Positions 49,001 to 61,907 of a stretch of DNA of 64,000 nucleotides are shown in pieces. The notes beneath the pieces were generated by a model, which was given only the letters and a program-made list of their open reading frames with translations, did not search any database and was not told the DNA's origin. Both the position numbers and the translations under genes were made by a program. The stretch's first letter is position 1; each line of letters begins with the position of its first letter. The DNA comes from Macrostomum lignano (lineage: Eukaryota), in contig NIVC01003555.1 of NCBI GenBank assembly GCA_002269645.1, positions 1 through 64,000 of the forward strand. The letters run 5' to 3'.

Positions 49001-52000
49001 TGTACCAATCTTTTTCCTGACTGCTAGCAGCTGCCAATGATGATGGAGAACGCCGGGGTTCGATTCCCTAATTCCCCAATGAGGGCCAAAGTTAACTGTG
49101 TACCACAGATTATCAAATTTTAGAATTTCAACTCAGTCATTCGAATAAAAATTGGAGAGAAATTTGCTTCTCATATTCCGTAATAATTGCGTTTGTATTA
49201 TTATCAACAATTCTTTTAGAACATTTAGAATAGTTTCAAACGCAAACTGTTAACATTGCACCACTTGTGGCACCGAAATGTATTCAGTTCCAAATATTTA
49301 TCTGCTAACCTCACCGACTTTTGCACACGCACTTCAGTTGCACCAAGTTTTTGCACATCCGCGACTTGATCAAATTTCCAATATGACAAACTGGACACTT
49401 TGAATTTTATCCTGAATTAGGAAGAACCCCAGGAATGCCAAATTACCTACAGCTGGCAGTGCTGGGGTGCGTTGCAGTTATCCCAGTGTAATTTACTAAG
49501 ATACGAGTAAGTGACGATTCTCAGTGTAGGTTAGTGACGATTCTCAGGGTAAATTATTGACGATTCTCAGGGTAGATTATTGACGATTCTCAGGGTAGAT
49601 TAGTGATGTTTTTCCAAGTAGATTAGTGACGATTATCAGGGTAGATTAGTGACGATTCTTAGGGTAGATTAGTTAATATTCTCAAAGTAAATTAGCGACG
49701 ATTCTCAGGATAGAATAGTGACGATTCTCAAGGTAGTTTAGTAACGATTCTCGAAGTAAATTAGCGATGATTTTCATGCTAGATTAGTGACGATTCTTTG
49801 TTTAGATTAGTGAAGATTCTCAAGGTAAATTAGCGATGATTCTCGGGGTAGAATAGTGACGATTCTCAGGGTAGATAAGTGACGATTCTTGGGGCTTACC
49901 TGGCTGTTGTCCTGGTTACTCCTGGTCCTAATACATGCAAGGGCTCCACAACAGCCCCCAGCACTGTCAGTCGCTCAGTTCCGGCAGTGCAGCCACACAG
50001 AACTCAAGCAATCCGAACCCGGTCCCCGCCTTCCAGGCAAAGATAGCCAACTGCCAGCCGTGTTTATTTCAGGTACGTGCCACCGACAACCCCACAGCCA
50101 GCACCGCTGCCACGCAGCGCTACACCGACGTGCCACTGACTGTAACACTCACCGACGTTAACGACAATGCACCGACCTTTACTAATCCCACGTTTGAGGT
50201 GAGCATATTCGAGAACATTCCAGCTGGCAGCGTGATCATCACACTCACCGCGTCCGATCCGGACTCCGGAGTCAACGGAATTGTCGGGTTCGCGATTCGC
50301 AGCGGAAACGAGCTCGGCTACTTCGGCTTGAACCCCACCACTGGAGCCCTGCGCGTCTCCACCAGTCTGCTGGGCAAGCCGTCGAGGTCCTACGTGCTCA
50401 GCGTCACGGCCACGGACGGTGGTACGCCTCCGCAAAGCACCGAGCACCGGCTGACGGTTACCGTTCGCTCGGTGTCGGAGACTCGAGGCAACCCGGTGGT
50501 CACCTACCCGATCGAGGGACGGAGCTACGCCACGGTGGAGGAGGCGCCCATTGGGACTCCAATACTGCAGGTGCGTGGGAGTTCGTTCAGCCGATGTAGG
50601 GCACCCGATGAAAACGGTACCTAAGCCAAGAAGCGTCCCAGAGTCACTTGCGTCACCCCAGAGTCGTTGCAGATGACCCAGGCAAAATTGAAAAGAAGTG
50701 AGTCTAGAGGACTCTAAAACGACGAGAAGTCAAGGTACAAGCGCCAAAAAGTCGTTAAAGAGTCGCTCAAGAATCGCTTTGAAGCGTTTCTCTGGGGCGA
50801 CGCAAGTCACTCTGGGGCCGTAAAGTCGTATTTGAGGCGTGCTGGAGGGAGTCGCTCTCGAGTCACTGAGTTACGAGCGTATATTCGAAGCGCTTGATGA
50901 ATTAGAGTCACATCTCTAGTAAAAGTTAAGCGCCAACACAACGGTTCTTTGACGACTCTTTCGCGACTCTTACAATTCTACAACTCACGTGACGCGTTTG
51001 AGACGCAAAAGTCGCCTCTCCGTCGCATTAGACGCGTTTGAGTCGTTATAAGTCTTAAGAGTTGTTCCAGAGTCGCTAGAGTCACTAGAGAGTTGTTTGC
51101 AATGACTCGTGGTTCTTGTCACGATATCATTTTCAACAGGGCAATGGGTTAGTTTGCCATGCCAATGCAGGATTTAGTTCATCAATTAGTTTACCAGTTA
51201 GTTTTGTTGAATTCGGCTCATCGATAAAATAAAAAAACAAACTTTGAATAATTCTATTCATTTCCGGCAGGTGACCGCCCGCGACCCGGACTCGAGCGGG
51301 GAGAACATGACTTTTCTGCTCGGCGGCACGGACGCCTCCAAGTTCGCCATCAACGCCAGCACCGGCTGGATCAGCAGCCGAGTCCGGCTGGATCGCGAAG
51401 CTCAGGCCACCTACCAGCTGGTGGCGTTTGTCCGCGACGGCTCCGGCCTGGAGACCCTCGCCCCGGTGCTGTTCGCCATCTCGCTGACCGACATCAACGA
51501 CAATCCGCCAGTGTTTGCCGGCTGCAATCTGCAGGTAGGGCTGCTGCTTGGATCCAGCTTACCGTGGCACTGCTGAAGGTAGCTTTGGTCTCCAGATTCC
51601 TGTCAGTGACATTCGGCACTTTAACCGACGTCCCCATAACCCATCGGGCACATGCATGCACATACCATCGTTGTGCATTGTGCAGTTTGAAATTTTTCAA
51701 TTTTCAGTACAACACTCAGCCAGTCCCGGTGGTGGTGCCCGAGAATGTGTACAATCGCGAGATCAACACCTTCACCGCCTGCGACCCGGACATCAGCCCC
51801 AACAACGGCCTGACCTATCGGATCACCTGCGGCAACGAGGCTGGCTACTTCGCGGTGGGCCGCGACACCGGAGTGCTCAGCGTTGTGAAGCCCATAGACC
51901 GGGAGGCCCGCAGCCAGTACCTGCTGTGCCTGATGGCCAATTCAACCCTGCCCGTGGTGCCGCCAGGCAGCGCCTCGCCTGCCAACCAGTCCCAGCTGAT

Positions 52001-54290
52001 GGTGCTGGTCAATGTCCAGGACGAGGACGACAATGGCCCTACTGCCGAGTCGGCTGTGCAGATCGCCTATCTGGCCTCCGATGTCATCTACAATACTCAG
52101 GTGGGTTGCATGATTATGGAACTGCAGCTGTAGAAACCTATCATTGATTGGTACTGTATAGAAATAAGTAAACAACTATTTATATTAAAGTTGAAAACAA
52201 AAAATACAGCCTTTAGTCTATTTAGACTGTCATTTAATTTCATTTAATTGGTCAGGCCATTTATTTTCAAGTGATACAGACGTGAGAGAACCTGATTGGC
52301 TGCAAGGAGAGAGGACACAATGTACAGTGGCTGAGAGTACAAATCAAGCGGAACCATGTCTAAACTGTAGATAATAGTTTAATATAGCTTAAAACTATAG
52401 ATTAATAGTCTAAATAATATTATAACACCCCTAAAAAAACTCGGCCAGAGATACGAGCCCTCAGCTGACTGCTGCGCGTTCGTAGCAACGTTTTTGAGGG
52501 GTGTTATCTTATACTTAAGGCACTGAAATGGGGGGGGGTTAAGTATAGATAAGACAAAGAAGGGGTGGAGTGCGCGATGAAAGAAAGAGGCGACATCGAA
52601 GAGCCAATCAGAGGGCAGCAGGGGAGAGAGAGAAAATAATAAGACTGAAACTAGACGGAGAGAAAAAAGAGTAAACAGAGACAAGTCAAGGTGAACTAAG
52701 GTGCTTTACAGTCCATGTGGCATTTATTTTGTACTTTTCAATTCGTGTGATTGTGTCTTCAAATCCAATTTCATCTGTACTCAAGAGTCTACGTAAAATT
52801 TCATCTCACTGTGGTTCAAATGTACTTTAAAAACGCTAAAAAGGTGTTTAATTTTTTGCTGACTCATTCGCGCGCAGGTGACCACACTGGCCGTGACGGA
52901 TCCCGATCTGCCGTCCAACTGGAACCACGTCTACTCTGTGCAGCGAAGCGTGTTCACCTCGGCCGACAGGTCAAAGGTCAACTCGCCAGCCGACGGCGCA
53001 TTCCGCGTCGATTCAAGCGCCGGCGTCCTGCGCAGCGGCTTCCTAAACTACGCTTCATACATCGGCGGCACCTTCGACGTGGACGTGCTGGTCTCCGACA
53101 GCCGGTCGCGCACTGCCAGGGTCAACGTCCGGGTCAACATTCTGGGCGAGGAGAATCGACTTCGCTACGTGGTGTCCATGACCCCGGTGCAGGCCCTGGG
53201 CGTGGCTCAGCAGCTCATTGACAATGTCACCGCTATGGTGAGACGCACTTTAGTTTTGAAGATGCTTTAAATTGAGCTCCTTTATCTGACCATAAGAGTG
53301 TTTGACATTCTGGTAAAAGTTGACCGTGTTGAGATACTATTTGACAAATCGGTGAAACACTTCTCAGAAGATGCATTTTGCTGGTTTGGCTTGGCTGGTC
53401 AAAAGCGGGCGAATGACGCGAATAGTGATTCTCAAGTTCTGGTAGAATGGGACTTTGCTGTTGCGAGTATTGTGTGGGAATATAGTTATAGTAGAGCAGT
53501 GTTTCACACAGAATATACTCAGCAACTTCGAAAAGTCACCATAACAGAAGATTCCGTCTGTTGACGCCGAGTTGCCGAGTATACCGGTATATTCGGTGGT
53601 GTTTCAGAAGAAGTTCACCGACAATTGGGCAGCATGCGACCAGTACTTCGACTTGGCATTTGACATTATGGCTCAAAGGCTGCGATTGCTGGTCGAATCT
53701 TATAAGTATTTAAGTTATAAGTTTATAAGTTTTTTTAAGAAAGCTGAAAGGACTAAAAGGACGTCTCAAGCCCGGGGATTGAGTACGATTTTGCTGAGAT
53801 CTACTGCGTGTAACCGAATGTACTTTGCTCTTAGCGGGGCTGTACAACTCCGGTGTGCAAGGCGCAATCATCTCCTCCATCTCCCGCCCTCCCAAAGGTT
53901 CGCTCCAGCGGCCTCACCCTGACATTCCAACGGGTATCTCTGCACGCCACCACAGCCTCGGGCGCCGAGCAGAACACAGCGGACGTGTGCTTCGCCGTAG
54001 CCGGCTCCGAGTCCCAGATCCTCACTCTGCGCCAGGCTAAGGCCACCCTTGACAAGGGCGTGAGTTCGAGTCTGGACTCGCTTTACTCTGAGTTCAAAGT
54101 GCAGAGCATCGGGTACTGCAACTCGTACAGCTTGTTCAAGACTTACAACTACCTGGGCATCGAAGGCTACTGGTGGCTGTTCACGGCGATGTCGGCCATC
54201 ATCATCCCGTTCGCGTTAGGCCTTGTTGGCTTCATGATGGTCCTGTACAACAAGTATGAGACCATGTGCACCGCTCTGCAGTATCAGTGA
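43087..54290 (+). CDS. Large non-classical cadherin (Cad87A/Cad74A/Cad88C-CDH23-related architecture), ~1760 aa: 14 EC repeats, membrane-adjacent domain, TM, short tail. Exons: 43087-43353, 43890-45112, 45545-47206, 48257-48485, 50073-50570, 51271-51534, 51708-52100, 52878-53237, 53898-54290.
   Basis: Signal peptide MKPLISVALLLVAAAG is followed by repeated xE, DxD, LDRE/LDYE and DxNDNxP motifs. The TM reads WWLFTAMSAIIIPFALGLVGFMMVLY. Splice phases are consistent across all exons. The final exon boundary is less certain. Confidence 0.92.
43395..43780. repeat. CCTGACACCC(T)GCT(A)GC/ATGT-type minisatellite
   Basis: Tandem units in cadherin intron 1. Confidence 0.9.
47275..48180. repeat. 10-bp purine-rich satellite GAGAGAGTG(G/A), ~900 bp
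   Basis: Direct reading; source of the SLSLTLSH ORFs. Confidence 0.97.
48720..48940. mobile_element. MITE-like foldback element with ~60-bp imperfect inverted arms
   Basis: catgcctaattcaaattcgggccaaaaaggaagtagttaaacaaatggttagaaaaccaaa vs the reverse complement of 48881-48940, cataatccaattcaaattagcgccaaaatgagtatacttaaacaaacggtgaaaaacaaa. Confidence 0.7.
49510..49890. repeat. 21-bp minisatellite TAGTGACGATTCTCAGGGTAGAT-like
   Basis: Degenerate tandem copies. Confidence 0.88.
50620..51110. mobile_element. GAGTC/GACTC-rich non-autonomous repeat with an internal inverted repeat
   Basis: cccagagtcacttgcgtcacccca (50637-50660) pairs with 50793-50816 with 2 mismatches. A related partial copy lies at 6960-7200. 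Confidence 0.65.
52423..52507. mobile_element. ~85-bp mini-MITE with TA-flanked terminal inverted repeats
   Basis: TA-ACACCCCTAAAAA ... TTTTTGAGGGGTGT-TA, with 1 mismatch between the arms. Confidence 0.6.
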
Positions 54291-54559
54291 TGCACCATAA
54301 ACGCTATTATTAAACACGATGAGCAGACAAAAAGCTGGGTCGATGCTTGACTGCAAATAATGCGCATATGCTCCTATATTTTTCACTTGCTAATTTTGAC
54401 TAGGTAAATTGTACTTTTAAATAATCAAATCAGAAAAGAATTTTCCAGTTTGCATGACAACCAATTGCAGCCAAAAACGGATTGGAATCTTCTTGATATA
54501 TCTTTTTTATTTCGAAAGATTATGTTAATATTAAGGGTACACTGACCCTTGGTCGATTT

Positions 54560-55480
54560 TTGGGAATGTACATTGAGAGTAGAGTTGATCGATATTTAAG
54601 GATGTGACATTGAGGGTAGAGCTGATCGATATTTAAGGATGTACATGAGGGTAGACTTGATCGATATTAAAGGATGTACATTGAGGGCAGAGCTGATCGA
54701 TATTTAAGAATGTTCATTGAGGGTAGAGTTGATCGGTATTTAAGGATATGCATTGAAGTTACATGTAGAGTAATCGATGCTGAGTGTGTGCATTGAGGGT
54801 AGAGTAATCGATATTTCAGGATACAGTTGATCGATATTTGACGATTTACATTGAGGGTGGATTTGATCGATATTTAACGATGTACATTTTAACTCAACGG
54901 TCAACTTGATAGAACTATGTCAATCATGCCATCTCAACCATATTGAACTCCGATGTTTTGTCAATCCGGATCTAGACAATAATGTCAGTCCTGACCTAGA
55001 CAATCATTTCAGCATGATCTAAAGAATCATGTCAATCCTGATCTAGACAGTCATATAAGTCCTGTTCTAGACAATCATTTCAGTCCTGTTCTAGACAATC
55101 ATTTCAGTCTTGTTCTAGACAATCATTTCAGTCTTGTTCTAGACAATCATTTCAGGCATGATCTAAAGAATCATGTCAGTCCTGATCTAGACAATCATTT
55201 CAGCATGATCTAAAGAATCATGTCAATCCTGATCTAGACAGTCATTTCAGTCCTGTTCTAGACAATCATTTCAGTCTTGTTCTAGACAATCATTTCAGGC
55301 ATGATCTAAAGAATCATGTCAGTCCTGATCTAGACAGTCATATCAGGCATGATCTTAAGAACCATGTCAATCCTGATCTAGACAATTATTTCAGACAGGA
55401 TCTAAAGAATCATTTCAATCCTGATCTAGACAGTCATATCAGTTCTGTTCTAGACAATCATGTCAGTCCTGATCTAGATA
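54560..55480. repeat. Two adjacent minisatellites: ~34-bp CATTGAGGGTAGAGTTGATCGATATTTAAGGATGTA (54560-54890) and ~20/40-bp CTAGACAATCATTTCAGTCCTGAT (54985-55480)
   Basis: Tandem degenerate copies. Confidence 0.88.
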
Positions 55481-57013
55481 GTCAACTGCAACGATTTAAT
55501 GACAATCCGAATTATGCCAGTAGAATGGGCAGATCGATTCTTGTGTCTGTGTCTGGTCAGGAGAGTGAACAATAGCTCGTAAAGCGTGACCATTGTCTTC
55601 TGCTGCGCACTAATAAATGAACTCGGCAATCGTGTACTGTTACTGACAATCAGTAGTCACTTGTGTGTCTTATTATACATGACAGAGATTCATTATAATG
55701 GATATAAAATTTTTGCAAACCCATTCGAAAAGGTGTCAATTTAGCACCGAACTGAATAAAACTCTTGGCACCGCGAATTTAGTGCAAAAGTTGTTTAAAT
55801 TACGCAGATATATCTTATAAGAGCAGCAAGACTAACACATCACGCGAAAATATCACCGCGCATACTGAACAAGGCTAACGTGGGTTACTAAAATTGAATA
55901 AAGTACTCGTATCTCTGCACATGCACAGGAAGTCAGCAATGCTGATACGATACGGTTTAAGTTTAATAATAGCAGTTTTAAAACAAAATATTGAATACTG
56001 AGGTTACTGAAGACTGTTGGCGTCAGATTCGCCATGGAACTGTGGGGTTTAAATACGCACGGACTTTGTCAAGCCCCCAGCCATCTCAGAAACGGCACTT
56101 GCATGTGGCGAATATGATCTGCTAAACGGGGACAAAAAGATGAAAATATATATTAGTACATCTGAACTGAAGCTCAGGTTTTTACTGAGAAAAACGATCT
56201 GCATGTGGAGAAAATGCCGCTTATATAAATATGAAGCTGATGTGCGCCCCATTTCTTTGGGCGCACAGACTTGCCGCAACAGCTAGTTATGGCCATCTGT
56301 GGACAAGAATCGAATGCAAGCTGCAGAATTTCTGTTACCCTCCGTTCAAGGAGAGATAGAATCAAGTTCAACTGCTGCCAGTGCAAAACCAGCAAGTCAG
56401 TTTGGTGGATTGCAATGCATCATGTGGCGATGTTTCTGTGAAAAAAGAAAGCATTTTGCAATGCATTGGGGTGTCGTAAACGATGACTGTGCATGGGTAA
56501 GCATTAACAACTACAACTTTAGTTGTTAAGTGTGACGGTTTTATATTGAAAAGACAAGCTATAGAGCATTAAAAAAACTATAGAAGGGAGTTCTATCGTA
56601 AAAAACAAAGGCCTCAGGGATTTAAAACTAAATACTCATTTCGTGGCATGAGAGTGTAGAAGGAAGCAATTACGCATCAATTCAAACCAGTTTACTCATA
56701 ATATGAATTTGCTGCGCTCTTCATCAAAACAATGTTAACTGCAAGCTCATACCGGACAATCCGCACTTTCTTTTGTTAAACTGCAATAAATTCACATTTT
56801 CTTCAAAGTGGGACAAAAAACTACTTTTAAAATGTAATTAAATTTATATACAAGGAAGCGAGACTGTTCAAAGTTTGTCTAACAATGCACCCTGGGGCGC
56901 GAATTTGAAATCGATTCAACCAACCGATAGTTGCAGCAGCAGGATTGCAACAGATGAATGGCTTTGTTCAGCAGACATTCTAGGAATAACGACGGTCACC
57001 CAAGCGGTTGAGT

Positions 57014-60000
57014 TTAGTTCGGCGCCAGGTAGGAATCCATGCCAAGTTTAGACATCGTCGTGTTTGAGGACCTCGGCGGCGGCTGCGGCGGAGGCCCGGC
57101 CTGCTGCGAGCCAGCCGAGCTGTTTTTCCTAGAAAAGCTTCGCGAATTAGGCATCAGTTGCGTTTGCTCGGCCTGAGCTCGCCCGTAGGCTGAGTTGGCA
57201 AAGTTGCCGGTGGTTTGCTGGCTGACATCTAAGTTGGGTTCGTCTTGCACCTCCTCGTAGTAGGTGCTCTCAACTGGCTCGGTGCTGGGCTGCATTAATT
57301 CCACGGGCTGCGGGCTGGCAAGCAAGTCGAATTGTTTCAGAGGAGAATAGTGCAACTGCAGCACCGCAAACTGCCATTCCAATTATTATTTTAGGAGGCT
57401 TATGGGCACCCTGGCGCAAGAGCGCTGAGACACCTCTGCCCATTCCGTTGACTCCTGGGCACACACCAGCGCATGGACACTGTACGCAGTCACTCAATCA
57501 CATACACGCTCACACAGCGTGTACAGTGGTCTTGAATTTCTCATTGTCAGGGACAACACACTCTCTGTGCCTTGGGGGTTGGCCCTCGTGGATGTGAATC
57601 GAAACTTTAGGGTCGAGGTTATAGGCTTCAATTATAAAATAATCGTCATCTCAACCATAAAATATTTATCGGGGATTGCTAAGATGTCAAGGCTCATGAT
57701 GGAATCGCTAAGATTTCAAAGCTCGTTGGGGGAATGGCTAAAGATGTCAAGGCTCATGGCGGTCAATCACTGAAACGCTTTGGCTCAAAGCATCTGTTGC
57801 TCAGATGCTTTAAGCCAAAGCTCATGGGGGATCTGATATCTTAGGCTATGATATGATAGGTGGCTTTCATGGCGGATGCTTTTTTGCTTCAAACATAATT
57901 TTTCTTAGGATATTAACAATAGCGACTTTTGAGTACAAGGTCGAAACGTACGAGTAATTTATTCAATAGCTTCTTTTTCTTTATTGTCTCCCAACGGGGG
58001 GCGCAGATGGCTAGTCCAATATACTAAACTCACGAGCTGGGCTGGTAGGCCACCCTGTTGACGCGCAGCTCCACTCTTGAAGAATGCTTCCGATGATAGA
58101 CCATGATGCCAGCGACAATGGCGGTCAGGGAGCAGACAACGATCAACAGCACCGCCAGCAGCAGGATTGGCATCACGAGCTGTTAGTGAAAATCGGATAA
58201 TTGAGTAGAAAAATTTGAACGACGAATGAACGACAGACTGTCTGAACGACAGACAGTCTCGCTCTTCTTTTGACATTATATAAAATACTTTATCCTCTAC
58301 GATGTGCTTTTTCAAACTCTAAACTTAATTCATTTGAGATTTAATGTTCAAATTTATCGCGGGAGGACTATAAAAGTTTCAACTACACTTCAACAGGAAG
58401 TGTACTTCACTTTCTACCCCTACATGGCACTTTGGGCAGGTTCTGTTCTTGAAAGGGATCTTTTGATCTCGCAGTCCTCATTGTTTCGCAGGCTTCAGTT
58501 TATGGTTTGCTAATCAGTTCACAAAAACACCGAAATTTCACAAACCCGAAATTTAACAAAGTCGAAAAATACTCTTAAATTTCAATGTTGTGAAATCTCG
58601 GGGTTGTGAAATTTCGGTATTATGCAATAGGTCGCGTGGATTTTTGAAATTATGAAATTTCAGGTTAGTAAAATTTTGGTGTTGTAAATTTCGGGCTTCT
58701 GAAAGCGCCCCGCAAATACATACAGACTTTCTTGTTTCAAGATACCACGCTAGACCTAAGGGCAGCAAGAACTTACTGTTTCATTCAATGGCTGCGGAGC
58801 GTCATGGCTTGCTGTGGTCAGCGCTCGAATTGCTGTTGGTGCCGGCGGCTGAAACTGGCACACAGCTCCTGAGAAGCCGCTCCTGCAGTCGCATCTGAAG
58901 CTGCCCACGGTGTTCACGCAGTCGCCATAGGAGCCGCAGAGACCTGCCACCAGGCGGCACTCGTCAACATCTTGGTCGCAGTGGTAGCCAGTGAATCCTT
59001 TGTCGCAGACGCACACCGATGAGCCGTTGCTGTTGAAAGTCTGGCAGCTGCCGTTGCGGCACCACGTGGCGTTGCGATGGCACGGGTGAGTCTCCAGCTG
59101 ACAGTGAGGTCCGGTGAAGTTCATCGGGCACTGGCAAACCGGCCGTCCTTGCAGGTCCTCCGAGCAGCTGCCTCCGTTCTGGCAGAAGGCCTGTCCCTGC
59201 CGCAGACACTTGTGTGACGGAGCGCAGCTGCCGTTGAGAGCCGTGTAGCCGGCAGGGCAGATCGCAGAGCCGTTGGGGCTGCAGCCGAACCTGGACGGGT
59301 CGCAGTGCACCGAACAGGCAGCTTGGTAGAAGTTCGGCCTGCACCTGATCCAGACAGCCAGTTTCAGGATGTGGCCATTGCTAGAGATCTCAGTGAGCTG
59401 TGATGACCAGCGGCTGTTTGCTGAGTTGTTAGCAAAAAATGGGAGCTCTGCGGCGTTGTAGGAGCGGTGCAATCTGCACATGAGCTCATGCTCTCCAGGG
59501 TCTTTGTCCTTGACAGTGACCAACACTTGGACATTGTCAGTGGGCTTCAGATCCGATCCGGTGAAGTGAAACTCCAGAGGGTTGATAAGCTGGCCGATGA
59601 AATCTCCGAAGTGAATCACTGTCGGGGCATTGTCGTATTCAGACGAAACGAAGGTTGCCAGAATTTTCCTTGGCGTCGACACGGAGATGAGAAAGTACGG
59701 GTCGCAGTGGTCACTTCCAAAGAAGCTCCGGTCGCAGCTGCCTCGGTCTCTTTGTCGATACGAGTCGAATTTCACGTATACTGCTCCACTGATCGCTAAG
59801 GAATAGCTCCTGACTACTCCTAGCAACTAAAATAATTGTAATAAGGAAAATTATAGATGACATTTTTACAGTTTGCTGTTTTTGCTGCAATTTTTACAAT
59901 TATTGCTCCCAAATTTATGCAAATTGAGCTAACAAAACTATTAATATGAGTTAATTTAGTTGTTTCTTACCAGCATGCTGAATATAAGAAGCAGAAATAC

Positions 60001-60015
60001 TTTTATTTCTTTCAT
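57014..60015 (-). CDS. Delta/DSL-like type I membrane protein, ~513 aa: signal peptide, C2/MNNL-like domain, atypical DSL, 3 EGF repeats, TM, cytoplasmic tail. Exons: 60015-59971, 59826-58777, 58179-58034, 57314-57014.
   Basis: Signal peptide: MKEIKVFLLLIFSML|LLGVVRSYS. DSL-like region: IRCRPNFYQAACSVHC...CSPNGSAICPAGY. EGF repeats: CQNGGSC...CQCPMNFTGPHC and DVDEC...CVNTVGSFRCDC. TM: LVMPILLLAVLLIVVCSLTAIVAGIMVY. GT-AG phases 0/0/2 are consistent. Confidence 0.85.
58528..58710. repeat. Short foldback made of ~15-bp CCGAAATTTCACAA units in both orientations
   Basis: ccgaaatttcacaaa... followed by ...ttgtgaaatttcgg. Confidence 0.6.
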
Positions 60016-61067
60016 ATCATGTAATCTTTCTATTGAATAATTGTTAAATATGCAATCTTTTCAAAAAACCTTCAACTCTTGTCGAAAAGCTGCAGCACTG
60101 GCCAGCCCATGATGCGCAATATTTGATTTAAACTGCGTACTTTCACATTTCGGTGTAGTTAAAACAAAATAAATTGTATGAAGTAGCTATTATTTTATTG
60201 TTATTAGATATTCGGCAATGGGTGAAAAATCTTGTGGGATTTTCGAAAATTTTAAGCCTAAAATGTCGAGTGTATTTTATAAAACTTTATTTAAAAATTT
60301 AATTGAAAGTATGTATTAGCGTATGTATAATATGACTGTGTAAAATATAAAATAAATTCTATTTTTATAGTATGGCCCTAGGAGACATTTGTTTTTTTAA
60401 ATAACGGTTTGTTAAAAATTCTGAACTGACACCAGGAAGTATTCATTTTGTAAAAATGATTCTCGGCAGTCTTCGTAGATTTTTTTCATTATATACTAGA
60501 AAATGATAGAAATATGCGACAAATTTTTCTTAACTATTCATAATTTTATTCTTTATTTCTAATTTCACTCCGATTTTACTTCTACTGGATTAGAAACTTA
60601 TACAGTGGAAATTTTTTTGTAAAGTCAGCGTGTCCTGGTGAAGCGCCAGCACTACATGAAGCTTTAGCTAAGTAGTTTTTTATCATATGCAATAAAAAAC
60701 AATCAGCCTGTCAACTATATGCATGCATTTGGGAAGGCCGCCTGCAGCAGTACTATCACATGCAGGTTCAAGAAAAGTAAATGCTTTTTCCGTACCACTA
60801 GACTGGATTATCGCAAGCCATAAAGCCGGAAACTGCACGGGAGTTTGCAAATGTAGGTGAAGAAAAAACTGTTAAATAAATAGCAAAGCAAAGAAAGGCT
60901 AACTGCAGAATTCTAAAAAGATGTTTGCTTCACGAGTAAAAAGTGTCATGCTTTAATCAAACATCTTCATTCCGATTGAAGACTTGGTGAAGACATAATT
61001 TAATATATTGTCGCTACGGCACATTGCTCCATCTCAAGCCACTCGCGTGCTTGCGACAGATAGAAAT

Positions 61068-61606
<539 letters not shown>

Positions 61607-61907
61607 GTAATGAAAACATAAGCACCGAAAGTTTGCGGTCTCAAAGCTGTGTTTGAAATTCTGTGTCCAAAAATTCGAGTAATTGAGTGTCGAGTGCTTT
61701 GTTAAAATAAAAAAATGCACTAAAACAGAAATCGCTAGAAAATCCCTGCCCAAAAACAACACAGATGAAACCAATAAGCGAAGTACATTTAGCTGTTTCC
61801 ATAAGTGCAGTGTACGTGCCTAAATAAAATACACGTATATTAATGTGGGTTTGCAGACGAGCACGGATCCTGGCTGCATATCACGGCTTTACCCCGAAGT
61901 CCCGAGC

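Noticed and set aside
55500-56560. Additional cadherin cytoplasmic exon(s)
   Set aside because: The candidate acceptors give only short, non-conserved-looking peptides; none could be supported.
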